Notes: generated by a model not told the origin, from the letters alone. A stretch of DNA of 64,000 nucleotides from Eubacteriales bacterium (GCA_021373115.1 JAJFTI010000002.1:25868-89867); one strand, 5' to 3'. Positions 27,482 to 37,092 are shown, numbered from the stretch's first letter. Translations and numbers: made by a program.

Positions 27482-27614
27482 TGGGGTTCCACCAATGAAA
27501 AGAAACCGGGTTCGCGCTATGATAATGGAGCAGGACAGGTTCAGGACACAACAACAAACAGCAAATCCGGTTACGCAATTCTCTTGCAGGTATGGAAAAA
27601 ATTAGGAGGTAAAC

Positions 27615-28982
27615 ATGAAACGGAATAAACTGGCATCCACTCTTCTTGTTTTTCTGGCGCTGGCAATGTGCGCGGGTTGCGCCGTTACCAACAACGGCGC
27701 GGCTACGCCAAACGCAGCATCCGCAGAGCAGCCGGCAGAAGCGGCGGCATCCGCAGTGCCGGCCGATGGAGAGAAGGTTACGCTGCGGGTTGCGTCGCTC
27801 GCCGGCGTGACGACGGACATGTTCAAGCTGGCGAAGGAAGCATTTATTGCCGAACATCCAAATGTAGATATCGAGATCGTTGAATTCGACTCGAGCACCT
27901 ACATGGAAAAAGGGCCTCAGGTATTTGGCGCTGCGGAGAACAATTTTGATGTGGCCTGGTATTACCGGGCGTTCTCCTGGCAGGATATGTGTGACGCGGG
28001 ATACTTTCTCCCTCTGGATGACCTGTACACGAGCGAGGACTGGTTCAGCGCACTTGGTACACCCGTAACCGATCTGTATAAGAACGCCGACGGTCATTAC
28101 TATTCGGTTTGTGAGAGCGTTGTATGGATCGACAACATGTACTATAACAAAGACCTGATGGAGAAATTCGGCTGGTCCGTGCCGACAACATGGGATGAGT
28201 TCGTTGCTTTCTCGGAAGCCGCCCAAAAAGAAGGTCTGATCCCTCTTGCGCAAGCTGGAGGTTCCGGCGCGCAGGAATGGCTGATGGATATCCTGCTGAC
28301 TAGGATGTTTACACCGGAGGAATACCAACTGGCATGCGACCCGACGCAGACGACCCTGCGTTATGACTCCGAACAATGGATCAACGCCTGGAAGGCCGCA
28401 AAAGAGATGCAGGATTCCGGCATGATCGAGCAGGGAGCAAGCGGCGTTAACACGACGGACGCACAGGCTTTGTTCCTGTCGGGCAAAGCGGTAATGATTG
28501 CCGATGGCAGCTGGGCCGGGAATGTACTCCAAAGCACGCTGGATGGCGACGTAAACGGAGGGTTCAAGGTTGGCTATGCGATGATCCCCGCTTACAACGA
28601 TAGCATCGTACCGAAGATTCCCAACTATCCTTGCAACTGCGTAATGGTGCTTTCCACCACCAAGCAGCCCGATCTGGCCAAGAGTTTTGTACAGCTGATC
28701 ATGAGCAAGAGCCAGCAGGAAGCACTGGCGAAGGCCGCCATCAACAATCCCGCCAGAACCGATGTTTCCGCGGAAAGCGTTTCCGCCCTCGGCGAACTGA
28801 CGGTCAGCATGTATCAGGACATGGTTAAGTATGGCGTGGTGCCTATGTGGAGCGTGCTCATGCCGCAGGAGATGCTGGACGCCATGAACACCGCCTGCGA
28901 CGGTGTGCTGACCGGTGTGATGACGCCGGACGAAGCGGGCGCATATATGCAGAAGAAATACGAAGAAGTATTAGCAAACTAA
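27615..28982 (+). CDS. Sugar ABC transporter substrate-binding lipoprotein (CUT1 type)
   Basis: AGGAGG RBS, signal peptide and lipobox LALAMCAGC, Ala/Pro-rich linker, family-1 SBP-like body. Confidence 0.9.
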   Translation: MKRNKLASTLLVFLALAMCAGCAVTNNGAATPNAASAEQPAEAAASAVPADGEKVTLRVASLAGVTTDMFKLAKEAFIAEHPNVDIEIVEFDSSTYMEKGPQVFGAAENNFDVAWYYRAFSWQDMCDAGYFLPLDDLYTSEDWFSALGTPVTDLYKNADGHYYSVCESVVWIDNMYYNKDLMEKFGWSVPTTWDEFVAFSEAAQKEGLIPLAQAGGSGAQEWLMDILLTRMFTPEEYQLACDPTQTTLRYDSEQWINAWKAAKEMQDSGMIEQGASGVNTTDAQALFLSGKAVMIADGSWAGNVLQSTLDGDVNGGFKVGYAMIPAYNDSIVPKIPNYPCNCVMVLSTTKQPDLAKSFVQLIMSKSQQEALAKAAINNPARTDVSAESVSALGELTVSMYQDMVKYGVVPMWSVLMPQEMLDAMNTACDGVLTGVMTPDEAGAYMQKKYEEVLAN

Positions 28983-29018
28983 CGGTTTACACGTTCGATT
29001 GAAGCAAAGCAGCCGCAT

Positions 29019-29050
29019 ATTGCGGGAAGATCCATTCATCTTCCCGCAAT
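29019..29050 (+). promoter_or_regulatory. Intercistronic stem-loop after the binding-protein gene
   Basis: Perfect 13-bp stem ATTGCGGGAAGAT/ATCTTCCCGCAAT with a 6-nt loop and no U-tract. Confidence 0.55.
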
Positions 29051-29071
29051 CGGCTTGCGATGGGAGGATGC

Positions 29072-29968
29072 ATGGTAGTTAAGCGAAAGAGACTCCTGCA
29101 GGAATGGGGCATAGGATATGCCTTTGTGCTGCCGGCCGTGGCGCTGGTGGGCGTTTTCCTCGTCTATCCGTTGATTCGTTCAATCTATTTAAGCTTTTTT
29201 AGCTGGAATGGCATCTCTGCACCGAAGTTTATCGGGCTTGTAAACTATGTAAAATTGTTTCATGGCAAAGAAATCTGGAACGCATTCCTTCATACGATAC
29301 TATATACGGTGTGTTCCGTAACGGGAACCGTGTTGATCGGCCTGCTGATTGCGCTTGCAATCGAGCGCCGAATCCGCGGGTGGAGATTCTATAAATTTGC
29401 CTTGTATATTTCCGTTATGCTGCCGGTTACGGTGGTAGCCGTTCTTTTTGCGAAATTTTTCGAGCCGAATTACGGCCTGTTTAATGCGCTACTGCGCTCG
29501 ATAGGTCTGGAACGTTTCACGCAAAACTGGCTGGGAGACCCGAAAACGGCGCTTGGCAGCATTATAGCCGTAAGCGTGTGGCAATATAGCGGGTTCACCA
29601 TGCTGCTGCTTCTGGCCGCTATGGAAAGCATCGATCCGGCGGTTCACGAGGCGGCAACGATCGATGGAATTAACGAGCGACAAAGGATTTTCTACATTAC
29701 ATTACCCTGTATTAAACGGCCTTTGTTTGTGGTTGTTATGCTGCAGATTATCTTCTCGTTTAAAACCTTTGACATATTCTGGATTATGACCGGCGGCGGT
29801 CCCGCGCTGAAGACGGAAGTACTCACCACCATGCTTTATCGGACGGCTTTCAGCTATGGCAAGTACGGATTGGCTTCCGCCATTTCGGTTGTAATGATCC
29901 TGATTATTTCGCTTATTTCGCTGTATTACCTTAAAAAATCAAAACTTGGTGAACAGGTTGTAGAGTAG
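29072..29968 (+). CDS. Sugar ABC transporter permease (MalF-like)
   Basis: EAA loop HEAATIDGINERQRIFYITLPCIKRP. ATG 29072 follows GGGAGG (ATG 29060 possible). Confidence 0.85.
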   Translation: MVVKRKRLLQEWGIGYAFVLPAVALVGVFLVYPLIRSIYLSFFSWNGISAPKFIGLVNYVKLFHGKEIWNAFLHTILYTVCSVTGTVLIGLLIALAIERRIRGWRFYKFALYISVMLPVTVVAVLFAKFFEPNYGLFNALLRSIGLERFTQNWLGDPKTALGSIIAVSVWQYSGFTMLLLLAAMESIDPAVHEAATIDGINERQRIFYITLPCIKRPLFVVVMLQIIFSFKTFDIFWIMTGGGPALKTEVLTTMLYRTAFSYGKYGLASAISVVMILIISLISLYYLKKSKLGEQVVE

Positions 29969-29978
29969 GAGCATTTTG

Positions 29979-30821
29979 ATGAAAGAGAAATTGAGAATCT
30001 CTAGAGTGCTCATCCAGCTTCTATTGGTCATCTGGTCGCTGGTTCAGCTGTACCCCGTGATCGTTATGTTCATGGCGTCCTTGAAAACGGATTCCCAGAT
30101 TACGCTGGATTTATTCGGGCTGCCAAAGCCGATCGACCTCCAGAATTTTCCGGAGGTCTGGTTTGGCAAGGACATCGGTTTAACCTTGGGCACGCCCGTT
30201 CTCAACAGCGTGGTCATTACCGCGCTGACGCTGCTGCTGTTGTGCTTTGGGGCGGCACTTTGCGGATATGCCTTGTCCAGGTTCCGGTTTCCGGGGAATA
30301 AGGTGGTTTACTATTTACTGGTGAGCCTTATCGCTATTCCCATGCAGGCGCTGATTCTTCCAATCTATCTGTTTGCCAAAGATCTCGGGGCGCTGAATAG
30401 CATTTGGTTTGTAATTCCAATGCTGGCGGCCTTCCAGATACCCTTTTCCGTGATCATAATGAAAACCAATTTTGAGTCTTTGCCGCATGTGGTGGAGGAA
30501 GCGGCCTATATCGACGGATGCAGCAAATTCAAGACGTTCTGGCATATTGTTATGCCGATGTCCAGGGGATCGATTGCAACGATCATCATTGTCAACCTTG
30601 TGTCGATATGGGGTGAATTCATGTTCTCCTCAACGATATTAATGCTGCCCAATGTAAGGACGCTGCCAACGGCGGTAAGCCTGTTTACCACAAACATGTA
30701 TAATTCCACCTTGGGACCGTTGTTTGCGGGACTGTCCATAGCGAGCTTCCCTTTGATCATCGTCTACTTTATCTTTCAGAAGCAGATTGTAAAAGGCATG
30801 GCCGTAGGATCCGTCAAATAG
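29979..30821 (+). CDS. Sugar ABC transporter permease (MalG-like)
   Basis: EAA loop EEAAYIDGCSKFKTFWHIVMPMSRG and C-terminal FQKQIVKGMAVGSVK. AGGAG lies 7 nt before ATG 29979. Confidence 0.9.
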   Translation: MKEKLRISRVLIQLLLVIWSLVQLYPVIVMFMASLKTDSQITLDLFGLPKPIDLQNFPEVWFGKDIGLTLGTPVLNSVVITALTLLLLCFGAALCGYALSRFRFPGNKVVYYLLVSLIAIPMQALILPIYLFAKDLGALNSIWFVIPMLAAFQIPFSVIIMKTNFESLPHVVEEAAYIDGCSKFKTFWHIVMPMSRGSIATIIIVNLVSIWGEFMFSSTILMLPNVRTLPTAVSLFTTNMYNSTLGPLFAGLSIASFPLIIVYFIFQKQIVKGMAVGSVK

Positions 30822-30940
30822 TTAACGCATATGCCAAAACGCGGTCGGCCTCACAACAGGCCTGTTATCGCATGCCACAGCACCAGGACGAGGCATGGGT
30901 ACCTCGCCAATTCGAATAGGGAAGCGAAGGGATTACTTTC

Positions 30941-31978
30941 ATGGCAATTCAAACCGTACTCGGCAAAGTTAATAAAAACGAATTGGGGATTATAATGCCC
31001 CATGAGCATATTTTTATCGATCTCACCGCCTTTTATACGGAGCGGGTTATTCCGGGCTGCAGCAATCCGGGCGGGGAAAAGGTTACCATAAGGAACCTTG
31101 GCATTCTTTCCCGGGATCCTTATGCGCTGCGGGACGATCTTGTGATTGACGATTTTAATGCGCAGTGTGACGAGCTGATAGAGTTAAGAAATGCGGGCTG
31201 CTCAACAATCGTTGATGCATCCAGCATCGGCCTGGGACGGGATCCCAGAATGCTGAAAAGTATTGCGCAAGCAACCGGACTCAACGTTGTTATGGGTTCG
31301 GGATACTATGTGGACGCAACGCACAGCGACGCGTTGCGAGAAATGACGGTGGAACAAATCGCGGGGAACATTCTTCGGGATATCCGGGATGGCGCGGACG
31401 GCACAAACATCAAACCCGGCGTAATCGGGGAGATTGGCATCAGCGAGGATTTTACCCCGTCGGAGAAACGCGTGCTCCGGGCAGCGGGCATTGCGCAGAG
31501 GGAAACGGGCCTCGGCATTCTGCTGCATATCAATCCTTGGACGACATTCGGACTGGAAGCGGTGGACATTCTGTTTTCAGAAGGTGTGGCTCCGGACCGG
31601 ATTGCCGTTTGCCACTCCGATGTGGAGAACCGAATCGACTACATGGAATCGCTGCTTCAAAAAGGCGTGTATGTGGAGTTTGATAATTTTGGGAAAGAGT
31701 ATTACGTAGCAAAGTCGTCGCGACACAAAGGATACGGGACTTTCGTTCACGATACGGACCGGGTGGATTTGCTTGCGAAATTGCTATCGAAGGGATATGA
31801 GAAACAACTGCTGTTGAGCTGCGATGTATGCTTGAAAATTCTCCTGCATCGATACGGCGGGTGGGGATATGATCATGTGCTGACCAACATTATACCCATG
31901 CTGAAGGAAGAAGGCGTCCTGGAAAGCACAATTGAACAGATGATACGCTGGAATCCGGCGGATTTTCTCGAACGATAA
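30941..31978 (+). CDS. Phosphotriesterase-homology protein (Php/PTER family amidohydrolase-fold hydrolase)
   Basis: MPHEHIFIDL (HxH), GVIGEIG (bridging Glu as in E. coli Php), LLHINPW, VCHSD and LLLSCDV give a complete binuclear-site pattern by eye. Confidence 0.85.
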   Translation: MAIQTVLGKVNKNELGIIMPHEHIFIDLTAFYTERVIPGCSNPGGEKVTIRNLGILSRDPYALRDDLVIDDFNAQCDELIELRNAGCSTIVDASSIGLGRDPRMLKSIAQATGLNVVMGSGYYVDATHSDALREMTVEQIAGNILRDIRDGADGTNIKPGVIGEIGISEDFTPSEKRVLRAAGIAQRETGLGILLHINPWTTFGLEAVDILFSEGVAPDRIAVCHSDVENRIDYMESLLQKGVYVEFDNFGKEYYVAKSSRHKGYGTFVHDTDRVDLLAKLLSKGYEKQLLLSCDVCLKILLHRYGGWGYDHVLTNIIPMLKEEGVLESTIEQMIRWNPADFLER

Positions 31979-32005
31979 AAAACAAGGACAGGGGAGTTGC
32001 TCTAT

Positions 32006-32806
32006 ATGAAAACCATTCGGGATTGTTTCTGGCTTTGGGGCCAGACGGAAGGAACCCACCATGCCACGGGGAATAAATTTTGTCTGCCCGGTAAAAATTG
32101 CATGACACCCATCGAGGGGTGTGAATACTACGATATTCCCAATATATGCCGGGTTGTTTCAACCGGCCTGCCCGTTCCACCGTTCGATCAGGAAGCCGCG
32201 AAACTGGATGGGTTGGATCAGGTGGTTTGGTCAATACAGGGCTGCCTGGATTCCGCGCGATATCAGAATGGCACGCTCGACGACCTTGAAGAAGTGCTTC
32301 GAATTGCCGGGCTGCACCCAAACGTTATAGGCGGTGTGATGGACGACTTTTTGAATCGCCGTGACAGTTTTCCGCCGGAACGCCTGCAGCGGATCCGAGA
32401 CAGCCTGCACTGTCGCTTGAACAGGGCGCTGCAGCTCTGGCTTGTCGTGTATACGCATGAACTGTCAACGGAGATCAAACCGTATCTGGACCTTGCAGAC
32501 ACCTTAACGACTTGGACCTGGTGGGCAAAGGATTTACCTTTACTTGAGGAGAATTACGCGAAAATCAGAAGTCTTTGCGGAATGGATAAGCCGATCTACG
32601 CGGGCTGTTATATGTGGGATTACGGCGGATGCGCTCCGATTTCGAGGGATAGCATGCTGATACAGCTGGAAACTTATCGAGGATGGCTCCGGGAAAAGAA
32701 GATTGAAGGGATTATCCTCTGCTCCAACTGCATTGCGGATTTGGGACTTGAGGCGGCGGACGTGACGAAGGAATGGCTGAAACAACACGGTAATGAACAG
32801 GTTTAG
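32006..32806 (+). CDS. Hypothetical cytoplasmic protein, no family recognised
   Basis: Last gene of the operon. GGGGAG lies 9 nt before ATG 32006. Composition is host-like and no family motif was recognised. Confidence 0.6.
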   Translation: MKTIRDCFWLWGQTEGTHHATGNKFCLPGKNCMTPIEGCEYYDIPNICRVVSTGLPVPPFDQEAAKLDGLDQVVWSIQGCLDSARYQNGTLDDLEEVLRIAGLHPNVIGGVMDDFLNRRDSFPPERLQRIRDSLHCRLNRALQLWLVVYTHELSTEIKPYLDLADTLTTWTWWAKDLPLLEENYAKIRSLCGMDKPIYAGCYMWDYGGCAPISRDSMLIQLETYRGWLREKKIEGIILCSNCIADLGLEAADVTKEWLKQHGNEQV

Positions 32807-32828
32807 AGGAATGTGATTCTATAAAAAG

Positions 32829-32851
32829 CGGCCGGGTTTTACGCCCGGCCG
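32829..32851. terminator. Bidirectional rho-independent terminator
   Basis: CGGCCGGG/CCCGGCCG stem flanked by AAAAA upstream and TTTG..TTTTTTT downstream, between convergent genes. Confidence 0.7.
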
Positions 32852-32857
32852 TTTGCA

Positions 32858-33799
32858 TCAGGTTTTTTTCTCGTCATACAGGATCGTTTCGTTGCTTGCC
32901 CGCTTTCGATACTCGCCAGGCAAAAGATTCATGCTCTTTTTAAATACGGTGTAGAAAAATTTAACGTCGTCAAAGCCGCAGGCGGAGGAAATATCGGCAA
33001 CGGTTCGGTTGGTTGTGGATAGCAGGTGGCAAGCATGCTCAACACGAACCTTTTGAATCATGGAAGTAACGGTCATACCGGTTACGTCGTGGAAGAGCCG
33101 GCTGAAATAGTCCTGACACAGATAAACGCGATTTGCTAAATTCTGCACGGATATGCGCTTATCAAAATTATCCCGAATATATTCCAGGGCAAAACTAATC
33201 GCTTTGTCATTTCGTGAAATCTCCGCCTTTTTTGAACTGGAATCGGTTTTCCGGAAAATTGTGATAATCAGTTCCATCAGGTATGCTCGGATAATCTCCA
33301 GATATCCTTTTTCCTTGCCCCGGTGCTCCAGATAAATCTTGTTAAACAGTTCGCCAAATTTATTATACGAATTTCCGGAAACGCTGAGATCCGGAGTGAA
33401 CTGATTCTTTTCGTGAAACAGCGAATAGAACAGAAAGGAGGAATTCAGCGCTTCCAGCGTATCGCTTCCGGTGATGGACTGGTCGAGAAAATCCGGCGTA
33501 AACATTAAGTCGTAAGCGACAAAGGGCTCGCTGGCGCGGTCGTCGGAAAAAAACGCGTGGGGCGTGTCGAAATTAATGATGAACAGGTCGCCTTTTTTTG
33601 CGGGATAGCGCTTATCGAGTACCACGTGGGTGGCGGTTCCGGAAATAATATAGACCATTTCGATAAAAAGGTGCTTGTGTATAACGCCGATATAGTCCGG
33701 GAATTCATTGGACATATGGATATATACTTTTTCATTTGGACGAAAAAAATCATCCCGGGTAAATACGCAGATGGAATCTGCGTTTCCGGTATTCTTCAT
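32858..33799 (-). CDS. AraC family transcriptional regulator (cupin sensor + AraC HTH)
   Basis: C-terminal double-HTH region (..ISVQNLANRVYLCQDYFSRLFHDVTGMTVTSMIQKVRVEHACHLL..DISSACGFDDVKFFYTVFKK..). AAGGAG lies 6 nt before ATG 33799. Confidence 0.9.
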   Translation of the reverse strand: MKNTGNADSICVFTRDDFFRPNEKVYIHMSNEFPDYIGVIHKHLFIEMVYIISGTATHVVLDKRYPAKKGDLFIINFDTPHAFFSDDRASEPFVAYDLMFTPDFLDQSITGSDTLEALNSSFLFYSLFHEKNQFTPDLSVSGNSYNKFGELFNKIYLEHRGKEKGYLEIIRAYLMELIITIFRKTDSSSKKAEISRNDKAISFALEYIRDNFDKRISVQNLANRVYLCQDYFSRLFHDVTGMTVTSMIQKVRVEHACHLLSTTNRTVADISSACGFDDVKFFYTVFKKSMNLLPGEYRKRASNETILYDEKKT

Positions 33800-34220
33800 A
33801 ATGATCTCCTTGAATTGTAGTGGCAAGACAGTTTCAACTCATTATATACTAGACTGCGTAAAATAAAAATAGGAAGAAAAATCGCACGGGAATCCCAAGT
33901 GCGAATTTAAGGCTTCGGTATGTATTTGAGTGCCGCAACCGTTGGATTGCGTGTTTCTGAGGATAAAACCAGATAAAGACTTTACAATGTAAAACTCTTT
34001 GACACAATATATGAAACGCAAGTGTTGACACAGTATTCGATCAAATACTACAATCTAATGTAACCGCAACCGAGACTTGTCGGGTGGTCAGCCGCTCTTT
34101 AAACCGTGGTTCCGATCACTGTAAAAAAGATTGATTTACAAATATTACTTTTATATTATAAACTGGGGAAAGATCACAAAGTGTGATACTATACCTGAAA
34201 AGAACATTAGGAGCCGATAA

Positions 34221-35798
34221 ATGTCAAGAGCAGAGAAGAGAGACGGTATTGTTCGGATTCTGTTATTAGTACTAGCTTTTTTAATCACACTCACGTTCTT
34301 TTACCTTGTTGTTGCGGGGGTGCTGACAACGTGCCGACTGGATCCAAACGCATATGTCAATGAAAATATCCTCTTTGAAAAGAATTCATTCGTGCTAAAC
34401 CTGCTTGCGATCCTGCTTCTTCTTGCGGTTTCCACTCTGGTCATAAAGAACATCGTTAATCGATTGAATGATCGGAAGGTTTTCATTTGGTCCTCAATTT
34501 TTCTGATTCTCACGGCTTCATTGAGCATATTATGGGTTGCTGCTGTACAATCAATTCCTGCAACGGATTCGGAGTCGGTGATAAATGCTGCGACTTTCGC
34601 TGCTAAAAACGATTACACATTTTTATCTATGTCATCTCAATATTTCCATATGGTACCCCATCAATTAGGGATGGTTTTTCTGTACGAAGGGTTGATTCGA
34701 ATATTTGGGTAATATGCATATGGCGCGATGCTGGGGCTGAACATCATTGCGCTGGTGATGGGATATGCAGCAATAATACTCATTGCAAGAACGGTGTACC
34801 GAGACAACCGTATTACGCTTGTAACGGCGATCCTTTTGGCGTTGTTTGCACAAGCGATTTTCTTCACCAGCTTTATTTATAGTAATATATTCGCTTTTGC
34901 ATGCATTTCCTGGGCGTGCCTGTTTTTAATTCGATGGATCAATCATGATGGAATTATTCCTATCATCTGGATTGTCTTGCTTTGCGCGGTTGCAGTATTG
35001 GTTAAGCCAAATAGCTGGATTGCAATAATTGCCATCAGTATCATTCTCTTCTTTAGCATGCTGCGTCAACCTAAAATTGCGAAGGTAATCTGTATCATTG
35101 GGTGCTCCGTTTTGTTGAGCGGGGGAGTTCAACGTCAATACGAATTGCGCTCGGGGATTTCAATTGGTACGGGAACACCAAAAACCGCATGGCTCGTTAT
35201 GGGCTTGACCGAATCTCCGCCGGATGCCCCAGGTTGGTTCAATGGTTATGCACATAGTGTATTGCAAGACAACGGAATGGACATTGAGCAAGCTGGCAGA
35301 GTGATTCGAAACGATTTGGATAAAAGATTTAAGGAACTGGAAAACGATCCAGCAAAAGCTTTGTCTTTTTTCCATCGGAAAGTTTTGAGCCAATGGAATG
35401 AGCCCTCTTTTGAAAGCGTCTGGGTCAGCAAGGTGAAGGCGCACAAAACTGCGACTCCTTGGTTTGTTAATAGTATTTACAATAGTACCGGCGGCAAAAT
35501 AATGGATGCTTATTTTGAGCAGTATGTCCAATTGATCTATGTTGCGTTCGTTCTTGGTTCTCTTTTTCATATTATACGTTCTCATAAAAAGGAAACTCGC
35601 TTTGTAAACGAGCAAGCGGACAACACGGTCGAATATGACGAAATAGCATTGCTGTTGCCATTGATTGTTTTTGGCGGGGTTGCTTATCATCTGCTATTCG
35701 AAGCAAAATCGCAATACGCCCTGCTGTATATTCCATGGCTGATTCCATCTGCAGCATCTGGTCTCGTAAGGTTTTCGGATTTACTTCACCGGAAGTAA
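34221..35798 (+). pseudogene. Polytopic membrane protein, GT-C (ArnT/PMT/GtrII-like) glycosyltransferase candidate, split by one in-frame TAA
   Basis: Track ORFs 34221..34712 and 34728..35798 are in the same frame, separated only by TAA 34710-34712 (..IRIFG*YAYGAMLGLNII..). Together they give a roughly 520-aa multi-TM protein. AGGAG RBS before 34221. Confidence 0.55.
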
Positions 35799-35964
35799 CC
35801 GACCCAAGTGGCTTTTTATGGGATGCGTGAAATCGAAATAACATAATTTCAGTTAAGATATATTTTGCTTATGGAGAATCTATCTAGAGCAGAGCATAAA
35901 AAAAGGGATGCCGCAACGAAGGATTTCACTGAACCTGTAAAGTAGAGTAGAGAAAAAATCTAAC

Positions 35965-36002
35965 AAAGCCCTGATCCGAGTGAAATTGGACAGGGCTTTT
36001 TT
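35965..36002. terminator. Rho-independent terminator
   Basis: AAAGCCCTG/CAGGGCTTT stem with a 17-nt loop, followed by TTTTTT. Confidence 0.6.
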
Positions 36003-36168
36003 AATGGAGTGCAGCAGCAGGCAGTTTTGGCTGAAAAGGGAATATATTGATCAAGAATAACAAGAAGGACGTTGGTATCGAGCGGGGCGGATTCATGGCT
36101 GCAACAGCCGACTACAAGACCGATAACATTCAATCCGTGCGATTTGTGCCTGATAACGATTCGAAAAA

Positions 36169-36906
36169 TCAGATATCGAGACGATATCCTTGGAACATAT
36201 GCTCCGAAACAAGCTTGGTGCCGACGCTAAAGGAAGCGCTTACAGCGCCTAAGGCTTCTGCGGGATTTTTGTCTTCGATTGCCTGAACCAAACGTTCCAG
36301 ATATCCCAAGCATTCGGTGCGGTCCATGTTGGTATAGTAGCATTCGTTTACCTGGGAAAGAATATTGATAAACGAGTAGAAAATCAACGGAGTAATAACG
36401 TTGCAGGACGCCACGCATACCGTGTGATGCAACTCAAAGTCGATGGCCGCCATGGCGCGTGGATCGGTTTCCAGCTTTAACTGATTCAGAAGGCTCTTCA
36501 ATGCCTCCACATCGTCATCCGAACGATTCAAGGCGGCCTGTTCGGCGGCTTCCTTTTCGATCATCGTACGCATATCCGTCAGGGACCGAAACATCGTCGG
36601 GTTGAGATGGCCGCCGTTATAGTTGATGATAGACAACAGCGTATCCAGCTTGCCGATTCGTTTATAATCCGCAACAAAAGTACCCTTTCGCGGAACGACA
36701 CATAAAAAGCCTTTGGCTTCCATATCGGCTAATCCGCCGTTCACGATTGCGCGGCTGACCTTCATCTTTTTTGAAAGCTCACGTTCGGTGGGCAACTTTT
36801 CGCCTACGGACAGCTTTCCCGAGATGATGAGCGCTTCAATTTCTTTGACAAACAGTTCTCTTACCCTCGGAACATGCAATTCTGAGAGCTCTTCTTCGAT
36901 CCTCAT
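36169..36906 (-). CDS. GntR family transcriptional regulator (FadR/FCD subfamily)
   Basis: Winged HTH ..GKLSVGEKLPTERELSKKMKVSRAIVNGGLADMEAKGFL.. plus an all-helical FCD-like C-terminal domain. GGAGG RBS. Confidence 0.9.
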   Translation of the reverse strand: MRIEEELSELHVPRVRELFVKEIEALIISGKLSVGEKLPTERELSKKMKVSRAIVNGGLADMEAKGFLCVVPRKGTFVADYKRIGKLDTLLSIINYNGGHLNPTMFRSLTDMRTMIEKEAAEQAALNRSDDDVEALKSLLNQLKLETDPRAMAAIDFELHHTVCVASCNVITPLIFYSFINILSQVNECYYTNMDRTECLGYLERLVQAIEDKNPAEALGAVSASFSVGTKLVSEHMFQGYRLDI

Positions 36907-37000
36907 AATATAGTGCCTCCGCCTCGATTAACAGCGCGAATGGAATATCCTTTCATTATTTTAGCATGAATAATCGTCGAAACGCAACAGACCGTGGACA

Positions 37001-37012
37001 GTGGTATACCAC
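37001..37012. promoter_or_regulatory. Candidate GntR operator 1, perfect palindrome GTGGTATACCAC
   Basis: 12-bp perfect dyad of the GT-N-AC type expected for FadR-like GntR regulators. Sits just upstream of the putative gntR promoter (TTGCGT, 18 nt, TAAAAT on the minus strand, 36958-36987). Confidence 0.6.
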
Positions 37013-37082
37013 GGAGCAACACGCTGTTCGAGTAATCGTACTAATACCTGCAATATAAAGAAAAAGGGCAAAAAAATCTTTT

Positions 37083-37092
37083 TGGTATACCA
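37083..37092. promoter_or_regulatory. Candidate GntR operator 2, TGGTATACCA
   Basis: Second exact copy of the 10-bp core (TGGTATACCAC shared), 22 nt upstream of the -35 box of the plus-strand operon. Confidence 0.55.

Noticed and set aside
26395-28532. Two long minus-strand ORFs (26395..27495, 27279..28532)
   Set aside because: Antisense to the M24-like and binding-protein genes. They cross an intergenic region that carries a plus-strand RBS and hairpin. No motifs.
34710-34712. Programmed recoding (readthrough) at the in-frame TAA of the GT-C-like gene
   Set aside because: No stimulatory context (downstream structure or special stop context) is apparent, and an ATG lies 5 codons downstream. 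A nonsense mutation or sequencing error is the simpler explanation. It is kept only as an alternative in the finding.
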